The translations under genes were made by a program, and so were the position numbers. From the NCBI GenBank assembly GCA_030141605.1, contig JAQGDQ010000004.1, forward strand, positions 992,001 through 1,056,000: DNA of 64,000 bases, read 5' to 3'. The stretch's first letter is position 1; the number at the start of each line of letters is the position of its first letter. Under the pieces are notes generated by a model. The model saw only the letters and a list, made by a program, of their open reading frames with translations, searched no databases and was not told the DNA's origin. The stretch is from Tubiluchus corallicola. Its lineage: Eukaryota > Animalia > Priapulida. This document shows, one piece after another, positions 11,786 to 23,401 of the stretch.

Positions 11786-14700
11786 CTTAATTAGGATAGT
11801 TGTTCATTGGCAATAACAGGGTCTTATAATAAGATCCTATGTAGAACAGTTGTGCCAACTTTGATGTTTCTATAATAAAATGCAAGCCTATTATAAATGA
11901 AGCATACATCTCCCAGCTCATTATAACATCGGTTTAGGAAGCGACCAAGCAGTTTCAACTTTGACACACACAAACAAAATTATTCTTATTAGCCCAGTTA
12001 ATCAAATTACAACACAAAACACATTATTACAGTAAAAAATGCACATTTCTTTCAAAAAAATAGGATAAGCTTCACGACTAGGCTTGTTTTACTGTTTTGT
12101 GTTATAAATCGAATTAAAGAACTAGACGCTTTATATTATTATATTGTACCCCCGCCAAGGGTAAAACATCTCTCTTGAAATCAGTCAATTACCTTGTTAA
12201 TCAAATAACTCTTGTGATTTTCACTATAATTTTTGCCCCTCAAGAGCTACAGACGTGGAGCAGAGACTGCGTTCACTCACTGTTCAGTGACAAAATGCGA
12301 CTAGAGATAAATAATTACTCTTTCCGATGGCAACATGTTTCATTTTTCCATGAAACCTTGCCAGCTGTTCTTTGGAAAACAAACCAAGGGCCACTCCTCA
12401 AATAAACACTTATTACGTGCGATAGACAGGCAAAGACATGAGGGCAAAAGTTTTGTACATGCATAAAAAATTTTTGGTCATTTACCCAAAAAATATAATA
12501 AGCAAATATCCCAATCATCCATAGTAATGCAACTGAAGCCAATATACATTAAGGAAATAAATTTCAAACTGTTTGTGCTTAAACTTTTCCCTCCCTTACA
12601 AAATTTGCACTTTGTAACCATCCCTCAAATAGTTCGTATTTGACGAAGATGATTTATCTCATCTTAATAAATAACTTTTAAAGCTTATAGATTATACATT
12701 ATGACTATTCAAATTATGTGATTTTATTGGAACACAAAAATGTGCCCTAAAACTGAAATGGTATCACATCCTGGTATCATCGTAGAATAGCGTTAAACCT
12801 CTCCTCATTCCCCTCATTTGCCATATTCATTTTTTCCACCAAATGGATTGGCGATGTAAGTTGTAAACTTGGGCGATTCTTAATAGTCCAGCTTACAAAC
12901 TTCATCCAGCTTCTAAAGTGGAAGCTAATTAAAATTAGACTGTTTATGAGTTTAAAAATTCGTTTATTATATTCAGTTTTACTATAGTACACACATTAAC
13001 GAATACTAAAATGAAAAAAGACAGTGACAGAACAATTTTGTATTTTTCTTGCTATGCTTAATTTTTGTTTATGGCCGTCTTTTCTTATGCTTTTCTTTTT
13101 CTTTTGAGAACCTTCCTTTATTTATTTATTTCATTCACTCGATTTTTGTTCATCTGTTTAATTATTTATTTCCTTCCTTCCGTTCTTCCTTTTTATCTTT
13201 AAACTTTTTTCTTACTTATTTTTTTTCGTTTTTCAGCCTTAATTCATAAATTTCGCCTCCTTTTTTGCACATGACTACTTTTTACTTTTTAAAAATTGAA
13301 AATCATAAATGGATGTCTCTCATAGAAAGTGACAAACAAAGTGATAAATGTGCTACGTATAACACAGCTTGTGAATTTGAGGTTAGGCGGATCGAAAAAA
13401 AAATTGTGAAGCCTTCGAGTATTTCCGGTTATATATCCTAAATGATTTATATAATGGGCAATAAATAAATTTTTATTCCTTAAGTATTTGATATGCCATC
13501 TAAACGGTACTTAAAACCTGACCTTTTAAGACAGTTATGTGCGTGTCGGATTTCACGGAGAGGTGCTGAGGCCAGGAGAGCTAGTAATGATAAGAAATCT
13601 TTGACGGGAATTCCTTCCCCAGGTTTCATCCATCTGTACCACAGAGAAACGAATGCTCCTGGGATAATTATTTTATATGCCAAGTTTATTGGTTTTAAAA
13701 AGGACGTCAGTGCCTGCATTCCTAAAAATAACAGGAGATGGGGCAGGAAAATAGATGAAATAGAAGCGACGTAATAATAGCCAGGCGAACAATTAATGAA
13801 ACGCACTAAATTCTAAAACACAGCATACTGTACATATTAATTAATATACACAATCACGAAACATGCTTTGTTAAGTAAGCGTCACGTGCAACCACGCGAC
13901 CTGTTCGTTAGTGACTTTTATAATGAAACATCTATCGCTAACATCTATAATGAAACAGTACATACAATTACCAAAAAACTTATTAAAGATGATAATGACT
14001 CGCGCGTGCTGCCGCCGGTCTTGCCTGTCAAACGGACCCATACACAAAATAATTTGCTGGTGCGGCACGCGCATTATGAGCGGCAGGTGTGTAGCAGTAA
14101 GCACAAACTGCCTTTTCTATTACGATTTAAACTTCTAAGAAAATGTGGATTTTTTTCGTTTAGTTATAAGTACGTAAAAAACTAACAAAAATTCTATACC
14201 ATTTCAAAAACGACAAGATACACAAGATATTGAAGTGGCATCTTTTCTCTGGCTGGAGAAATGCATGTTAGCAGCCCTTTTGAACTATGCCAAATGTGAG
14301 CTGGTGCCGTCTCGCGGATTCCTAGCATAACCACGTGCTACCAAGGTGTGCGTTCCACAACATCATAATTTTAATTACAAACAGAACCATTAGCTTACAG
14401 CTTCCCGTTTTAGCCGAGCCGCAAAAACCGCATTCTAAACTTAGCAACTTTCTAAACGTGCATGGCGGCTTCAACACGCGCTGCCTGCCCATTCCACGAT
14501 GGGATGTAACATTAGCCTACGAGTTTTACGAAGTGGTGTAATTCAGACCCCACTAAAAACCGTCGACAAAATCTTTCCGCTCAGTAATGTAAGTTGGCAA
14601 AAAGTCATCTGTCCCGTGTCCTGTGCATGGCCATTCAATCGCTATAATGAATGTCAATAAGTGACTTCCATTTTGGCACTCATTTTCAGTTTGAATGATT

Positions 14701-14977
14701 TCCAGCTACTACTCATCTACGATGGAGCTAGTTACCGATTTTTCGGTAACCATTTCGATTTTTTCATCAATTTTAGTAACAAACTTTTATGCAGAATGTC
14801 TTCTTACTTTTTCTTTTCGTATATAATTATTTCGTAAACAATTATTATGCTTGTTACTGAACTATAAATGTGGTACTGCAACGACAATATAGGATCGTTT
14901 GCATAGAATTTTCAGGTAACTAGTCGGAAATGGTTAGTTTAAAGGAATTTATGAACTACTGTATGGTGCGTCGTCAT

Positions 14978-15012
<35 letters not shown>

Positions 15013-15043
15013 ATGCCCATTATGTCTGTTGTAGACATTGGGC
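14978..15043 (-). mobile_element. Probable LINE/SINE 3' end: stem-loop plus (ATG)n tail
   Basis: (CAT)n is directly followed by hairpin GCCCA-TT-ATGTCT-GTTGT-AGACAT-TGGGC. A stem-loop next to a microsatellite tail is typical of RTE/L2-type 3' ends. Confidence 0.5.
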
Positions 15044-18015
15044 GGACAGAACTCTAAAAACAAGAAATCTTCCCTTAAGACAGGTAAACACAGCAGTTAA
15101 TCCAGCAAAAAACTAGACTCTGCTATGCCAGTGGTTTGTCAGCACCACTTCCGACTGACACGCCATTCCACATAAAGCGGGTGCACCACTTTACGTGGAA
15201 TATCCTGGATACTTGGAGAATTCAGAGTTAAAGATTTTCAGATCAGCTCTCTGATGAGGCTACCCGCAAGTATAAGCGATGCAACACAATGTAAGATGGA
15301 ACACTAGCGCACTGCATGGTTCGTTTCTTCAATAATTATAAACTTAAAGAGCTACTGTTAAGACTGTTTTCATTTCTGTACTAGTCATCGCCTTGTAATG
15401 ATGTAAAAAACTCCCTGAACTTTAATTTCGTCTTGTAAATAAATTTTTAACAACAATGTACGACATCTCGCTAACTGGCTTCTTTTTTCATTGAACTGTT
15501 GAAAAACAGCTTTCTGTGATTTTTTTCTTGCAGTCCAGCTTACTGTAACAACTGTTGCTTTTGTTATTGTTATGTGTATTGTCCCAAACCCACTATATTG
15601 ACGGTCCCAAGTAGCGGCAAACGCGCTATGTGCAACGTATAATGTAATTTAACCGAATCTTTTCTCAGTGGCGTAATTACCTATCTTAATGACATTGTAG
15701 AAACTGCCAACTGCCAAAATGTCACGATTACCATCCTGAAGCTTTTACCAGTTATACTAAAAACTCAGAGGACAATTTTATTACAGATTTTGAGACTTTA
15801 CATCAGGTAGCTAAATTTTTTTAGTGGTGATATACAGTAACACAGTTTATTATTTGCTATGCGTTTAAAGGTTTGAAAAACAAATTTCATAGAATCTAAG
15901 GTCGAATCTTTTTCAAACCCTAATTAAGGATGAGAAAGTTTAGTCTTTGCTTAAACTTAATAAGGCTTTAGTGCGCACTTAACAGCCTTTAACTAAAATA
16001 TACTTTTGATGTAAGAGCCGCAGTACTTCACAAGATTGTTAGATGACATACCCTGAGAAACGAATGCAGAGGTTAATATTTCCAGATCAGCTATCTTTTG
16101 AGGCTAAACTGGCAGGTTTCAAGCATTCTTGGAACAAAATAAAATGTAGCGCAGCCTGAGCAAGTCCATTTTATGTGTTCAAGTTCTCTAGCTTCCACGT
16201 TCTCCGGACTAAGCTGGGCAGGAGTCAGTAAGAGATACGGACAATTTATTTTTTGTTGACTATAGAAATATTAATAATAACAAGTCCTTGGTTTGCACTT
16301 TTGACTGCTCTCTCTCAGTAAGTAATGTAATTAGCAATAACAGAACAAAAGAAGCACGGCTTCTGACTATGTGTGTTTTTTTGTTTGTCTACCAAGTACA
16401 TTTACAACGCCTTGTGCTGAGCCAAATAAAGTAATACACGCATGATTTCATTTCAAAAAGCTGCTATATATACCGGGGCAAGCAGGAAAGAATGTGCAGT
16501 ATTTGCAACATGTTAATTGGCAATGGTTTGGAGCAGGAGTGTTAGTATCTCATGCAGCGTGCTTGAAGAAATGATGTGAGCCATATGGCCAGGAAGTTAC
16601 CAACAGCAAAATAACAGCTGCTGTGGACGCATTGAATTAAGTGTAAAAATGCACGTTGACTCAAATTGAGTACCCACGTTATGGTGTTCCAGTGAGTTAG
16701 ATTACTTAGTTGGTTTGTGTATTGTGAGACAGTGGTCCGAGCAACGGCTGCTGCACTGAAAATTGCGCACTTGATTAGTTGATGCAGCAACTTGGGGGCA
16801 GCAGGGTTTTTTAAATAGCGTGAATAAGCTAAGAAGCAAACTGCCCTCTGAAAATAAGTAACTGAGTAATCAGACCGACTAAGTGAACAATTTCAGTGCC
16901 AACAAACCGTCTTAGAGTAACAAACTACTACTACTACTACAAGATAGGATATGAGAGTAGGGCACCCTATTAAGAATAATATATTAAGTAAAACATTGTT
17001 AGTGAGAACAGACTGCTAAATAAATCATCTTGTTGCAAACACCCTACTTAGCCAGTTAAGATTACCGAGTAAATTGGTTTAGTGTGACCATAATATTGAT
17101 TTAGCAAGCTCTGTTTATGTAAAAGTATCAATACACTAAAAAATATGAGAATGTTACGTAAACTGTCATTTGAATATGCTTACAAGCAATCCATTGCAGG
17201 TGAGTATCGGGTGGGTATGCAAATGCAGGGCGAAAGCTACTAAGCAAATTGCTTCAATTTGGAAAGATATCCACTAATGAATGTCAAAACTAATAGGCAC
17301 TTAAGAAATCCGTCACAGCATGAGTATGCTGCTGGACACACATTCAGTGTGAGTGTGCTTGCAGCAAATCGTGTCATTCTGAGCTTGTCAAGCTATCAGT
17401 AACAAAACACCTCACGACTTTTTAAGTGTAACGCAGTTTAGCTATGAATCAAATATTGAATTAAATACATTGCGTCGAATGTTACAGTTCTGGCAAAGGC
17501 GCATCAACCACGCATTAATTATGTTTTGACGCGTGTCTCACAACTGCCGCAGCTCATCACGCTCTCGCATTATAATTAACAAAAAATCCCGCGCGCTTAC
17601 GAAATAGCAGACGGCAGGTGCCAGGAAAACACGCATCAAGCAAAATTTCCGCGTTCTGATTTGCGCAGAGTGATTATTAGTTCTGGCGTGTAGGATGTAC
17701 GCAGCTCATAAACTATACTCGCTTAGTTCATAAAAAGTATGAGATGCTGTGTAGTATAATAGATGGGAACAGGTGGCGTATGAACGGAATACGTTTTATT
17801 GCCTCTTTCGAAAGGCTCACAAGAGCGTGGTGCAATATGTTATGGCATGATGTAACCGAACGGCGCGTGAAAGTTGAACTCTGTATTTTATCACTGTTAT
17901 CATTGTATTTTATGCCATTTTGGTTTCGTCTGCATACATATATCCATCTTCAGTAGATAATGATGGCCAAAAACGTGTTTTACTGATTAGTAAGGAAACC
18001 ACACAGAGCAAACTA

Positions 18016-18617
18016 CGTAACACGAGAGAGTTAGCACTAAACTAGGCAAATAAAGTTTTAGTTGTGAGTACTTTTAAACAGACAAAACTAAAATCTAAAT
18101 AAAGTTGCTGAACACAAACAACGACGAAAAGTTTGAAGTAATCAAAATGATAACAATCAGATAAAGTTGCTGATTTCATTTGAAAAAGTTTTAGGTTACT
18201 TACAATACTTCCATAAAGTGCCAAAGGCCTACATATTTGTCGTAATTAATAATATCTGCATGCATAATGGCAAGCATTAAAATCAATTAACAGAAGTTCT
18301 TTTAAATACGTCTATAAAATAATATATGAAATATTATTATTTTATAGACGTATTTGAATACGAAATAATAACAATACTAAATGATTGCTTTAATTTTAGT
18401 AATTCACTTAGTATGTTTTAATTATTGTAACTTCAAGCTTTTTTGAATGAAATCAGCAAGTTTCTCTAATTGAATTTTATCACTTTGATTACTTCAAATT
18501 TTTCGTCGTTGTTCGTGTTTCAGTAACTTTACTTAGATTTTAGTTTTGTCTGTTTAAAAACATTCATAACTATAACTTTATAAGTCTAGTTTAGTGCTAA
18601 CCGCGTCTCGTGTTACG
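18016..18617. mobile_element. ~600-bp foldback/MITE-like palindromic element
   Basis: Left CGTAACACGAGA..TTAGCACTAAACTAG..TTTAAACAGACAAAACTAAAATCTAA..ACAACGACGAAAA..TTTGAAGTAATCAAA matches the reverse complement of the right end over ~190 bp. Central hairpin AAATACGTCTATAAAATAATA...TATTATTTTATAGACGTATTT. Confidence 0.9.
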
Positions 18618-19309
18618 CTTGAATGTATTGCTATTAGTTAGCAATAAACGTTAAAATAACCAAATTGTATGACAGTCTCCCCCTGGTGTCGATTTATAGA
18701 ATTTTGCTTGTGGCTTCTCTCGTGCATAATCTGCCAGACAGCTGCGCTTGTTTGTGTACTGAACACGCCTGGAGAATGAAATTAAAATACTTTTAGCAGC
18801 ACGAGATTAATACCAGAGCAGATGGTTTCATACAATAGCAAAATAAACGCACAATAAAAGCTTGAATTTATTTGCAATTCAGACTTTGTTTCTAGTAAAA
18901 AGATTAGACTGTAATTAAGTTGTTAGTGTACGTGCAATCGATGAATGTAAACCATTATTCAACATACAGAACATTCACCACATTAACAAGTTAAGCAAAT
19001 ACAGTACGTAGTAAAATAATAATAAAAAATAGCAAGATTTTTTGAGAGCAGCTTGTGTCTATCCATATAGGTAGCTTGTATCACCATGTTAAAGTCCTGA
19101 ATTTTTGAAGCTTCATATGCCATAATTTTGTTTCTAACAGAGTTCCTAACACAATTACAAACAATCGTACAGCCCAAAACTAGGAAAGTATCGAAATTCT
19201 TGTAAGATTTTAGAAAATTCGATTCTATTATATTAACTATATCATTTATTATCAACACTATTACCACTGAGTACTGCGTTTGCTTTATTTTTTCAGCAAT
19301 TTTGCCATT

Positions 19310-19361
<52 letters not shown>

Positions 19362-19400
19362 CCTCTCTCTCACTCTCCCTCACACATACTTTCACCCTCT
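19310..19400. repeat. (CT)n microsatellite
   Basis: Directly visible. Confidence 0.95.
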
Positions 19401-22400
19401 CCTTCTGTCTGTTTATGTCTTTCTCTTATCTATTTCATTGGCAATTCTAATTAAAGTAGGCCTAATAGGGCATTTGTAGGCATTTACAGAGTGAATTCTC
19501 TTTCTATATTTGGTTTATGTGTTTTCCTTCTTTCGGAGTTGAGGTTTTATCATACGTCTCCTGTTCTTAATTCCATATTCATTGGCAGCCCATATGTATC
19601 CATCTTATATAACCTGTCGTGATGAATCTATGAGTCATGGATAAAATCTTCAGCTTGTACTTTGAACCAATTAAGACAAGCATTGCAGTGGCTGTGTCAT
19701 TCAGATATTACCTTCATTTTTTCATTTGAAACTCAGCTAAACCAGAACTGAGTCAAAGCATTTGCACATTTTAAAGATGGACAGATTTTGTTCTACTTGC
19801 TTTCCAGGACAGTTTGTGAAATCGCGCTACTACTATATTATGGCTAGATTAGTGTCCTTCTCATGGCCACAGTTATGACATCATGACGGCGTAAACGCAA
19901 TTTATTCACTTTTGTCTGACTTAACCACCAACACCAGACAGTACTTTTCCCTTTAATTTTTATACACTGCGCGTAAAAATTCATTTATAGTTTTTCAATC
20001 GATCATGTACGACGACCAATCGTGGCCGAGATTGGTGTGCCACCTTTAACTACGCCTTTGCCAATCACATTTCGGAAGCCACATCTCATGCCGTCAACTC
20101 TCATTCATCCATCGAGCTATTCTCCAACAATGGTACCAACCGACCACTATATCAATAACATGTAGTATTTCAATAACCTTTCATTGTGGATATGTCTTTT
20201 TGGACCAATCTGTACGCGTTTTCTTCTTATACTGTATAATAGCAAAAAATCTGTTCAGTGAAATCGCGACACATTGGCCATCATGGACAGGTGCGAGCGA
20301 CATAGTAAAAAGTAATTATGAAAGTGTCAAGAAGCACACGTAACGTGACAGTGCAGGCCGATTACAGCGCCATCTGTGAATGGCAGCTGACGGTAACATG
20401 TGGAAGGTTTAACTAGACTAGACCAACCGCTTTTTACACCGCCCAAAAGGTCGATGTAGTGGCTTAGAAGTTACGAAGTGTGCCAGAAAGTGAGATCACC
20501 TCAAAACTAAGGGAATTCGTTTGTCTGACTGCTTTATCTTTTACAAACTTAATTTTGTATTTTCTACATTTTTTAAATTTAAAACTCATCGCCTATACAT
20601 ACTAAATTTTAGACGCTGTAAGACTGCTTAGGTACCAATTACGCCATAACCACTGATCTGAAAACCGTTTTATTACGTGTCATGATCAGACGCGGGTGGA
20701 CTATGAACTTTTCCACTAAGTATAAAATCTCTTATTTTGTTAAAAAACAATGTTCGCTATAAGTCGATCTTGACTTTTATTCAAGAGGACTACCTTTCAA
20801 AATGTCAGCTGCGCCCAACAACAAGCTCCCTCTATGTGTAAGCTGTCAAAAACAAATGGCGGCGATTTGGCACAGTAAGTTTTAATCAGGCGCGGCCGTT
20901 ATAACTGATATGGCGCTTAATTAAAAGCTGAAAATAATTATTAGGTGTTCGAGAAATCTGTCTCTATAGTTCTTGAAAAATAGCTCTCTGGATAATTAAT
21001 GAGGAAAAATTGTAATGCAGAAACATTTTCTTTTCAAGAGGTGTCTCGTTGACCTATTCACATGATTAACTATGCTAATGTTGTATCTAAATTAGAAAAA
21101 AACTTTTTCTTTTCTTGTATACAACGGTATGACACACGAGCTGACATAATGCGGTGCAAAAAATGAGCTTTCTTTTAACTATCATTTGAAAATTTGCAGT
21201 CAGTTGATGATTTTAATATATAGTTCAGCGCACTGTAAGCCGGAATCGGAGGACCGGAATCTAGCCAAAACCAGGAATGGTTACCTAGCAGGTTCAGCAT
21301 TAATCACCTTCCTCAGTCGTGCCCTAAAATAATAGCGCAGGAACTGTAAGCAGTAGAACATAAAACCTGGTGACGAAACTCACTTTTGCTGTTGTTGTCT
21401 TTAGAATAATGTACCTTACATTTATGTAACGTTATAGTTCACTTGCAATGTTTTTTGCCACTGCTCATAGTGAAATGTCCTTTTAAGTCACATGTGACTT
21501 GTAAGCCTGTATCCATAAAATCACCTTATTCTGCATTAAAAACGTTTCTCAGAGTAATAACAAAACTTTTACTAAAACGCAGCTTAAGAATAGGGCAAGT
21601 AGGAAATTAAATCAGGTTTTGCCTTGCCTTCAAGTAGAGATGACATCACACCCAGCACCTGTCCTACTCATCAATAATCAACACAGGTGTACCCAGAGAT
21701 TCCTCAATTATTCAAAGCAATTAGTGGGAAGTTGAAACATATACGCGCAATTATTATTGCAGTGAAGTATTTGGGTACATAGTTCTAATGTTACAGCTTC
21801 GTTGCCCCCTACTTATTATTCATATACACCAGCATTTATATGTAGTACGTATTCAAAATAGAAATTCATTGAATAAGTGCATTTATTCAACCTAAATTAG
21901 TCCAAAAATAATGCGAATTGCTTCATTTCGGGATCAAATTTTGATCAATAAAATTTTTAATATTAATATCCGTTACACGTTTTGGCTAAATAAGGCCTAT
22001 CTACATTTAACATAGGCAACATATGACACCAAGGATTTTGTTGCATTTGTAAATTTGTACCCATGATTGTCAACATTAGCAGCCAAGGTAAGCAATTAAT
22101 GTACCACTCGCTATATAAATATTAATGAATTAATGAATAAATAAACACTTTTTCAATGTTCTCGTCATAATTAATCAGAGTGGCACAGATGGCAATTATG
22201 TAAAGTGTTGACAGTTGTCACAATAAATGTATTTTTTGAAACGAGATAACAGGTGGGGTCACTGATGCGTGTACGCCATTTTTCATTCATGAAATAAAGG
22301 TCTGAAGTCAACTCTCTTTAGGACACTAAAAGAAATGCCAAGTATTTCATTAATTAACACTGATTTAAAAGTGAATTAACCAATAATTTAAAGTTTGATT

Positions 22401-22444
22401 GCACAACCTGTGACTGCACAAAATGTATTTGACATGTCCTACTC

Positions 22445-22660
22445 TCCCCAATTCAGCTCATCTTAACTCATTTCCAGTTCACTTTAGTTCAACTCAGCTA
22501 AAACCAACTTACCTAAATCAAATTCAGCCTTTAATTTAACTCATACTTCAACTTAACCCACTTGCCAACTCAATTCATATCAGCTTAACTTCACTCAACG
22601 CGACTCTCCACTAATAAATTTTATTTAATTAAACTCCTAACATAGCTAAAACACAACACG
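22445..22660. repeat. Degenerate (AACTC/AGCTC/AACTT) pentamer array
   Basis: Visible 5-bp periodicity. Confidence 0.65.
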
Positions 22661-23105
22661 GCTTGGGTGGGTGGGGTATTCCAACACAATCAGTCTGCAA
22701 AGTTTCAATTATTAATATGGTCATGATCACGCAACAATCTACCTAATAAAAATATAACGTATAAAAAATAATATTGGGGTTCAAAAACAGGATGATAGAC
22801 TTTACAGTATGATATGATAGATATCCTAACGCATCATAAGTTTGTAGTGACATGTGTATTGTTTACACGAACATTTTGAGTCCAGGAAGTCTGGGCATAC
22901 GGAGCTTGGAACTCTCCTTCTGTCTTACTAAGTAAGTAAGGTGCTAACTTCACCTAGTTTTACTACAACGATGTGGAAGAAAGCTCTATGCACTCATCCT
23001 CAGAATTTGTTAAATATAATAATGCTTACAAACTGTGGAACTCGTATCAGCACCTGCCATGAGAACACTCATATAAGACCAAACCCCGATAGTAAAAATA
23101 TCTGC

Positions 23106-23401
23106 TACATGACAGCATTTCTAAGACGGTGATAATCTGATGAGAGCTTGGTATTTTAATATTAACAAGTCAAGATTGAAATGCTGCGAGATCATGCCTG
23201 CTCAACTTGTTAGCCGGAGTTTGGAAATAATGGTGGTGGACCAGTCTAATGACGTCTTACATGACAGTATTTCCAGGACGATGATAATCTGATGACCGCT
23301 TGGTATTTCAATATTAATAAGTCAAGATCCAAATGCTGCAAGGTTATGCCTGCTCAACTTGTTAGCCGGAGTTTGGAAATAATGGTGGTTGACCAGATTA
23401 A
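23106..23401. repeat. Tandem duplication with 152-bp period (two diverged copies)
   Basis: TACATGACAG starts at 23106 and 23258; both copies carry the identical block ATGCCTGCTCAACTTGTTAGCCGGAGTTTGGAAATAATGGTGGT. Confidence 0.95.

Noticed and set aside
13480-13806. Overlapping 108-aa and 93-aa ORFs on opposite strands
   Set aside because: No motif or splice support; this length arises by chance.
15251-15300. CTGATGAG as a Penelope-type hammerhead
   Set aside because: No stem II followed by GAAA.
21285-21323. 39-nt minus-strand micro-exon candidate (ARLRKVINAEPA)
   Set aside because: Splice signals are plausible, but its phase (2) does not fit the 29.3-kb exon and such matches are common.
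23112-23190. Hammerhead-like core CAGCAT-T...CTGATGAG...GAAATGCTG
   Set aside because: Stem III pairs, but stem I cannot form, the base of stem II is mismatched, and the duplicate copy has lost GAAA.
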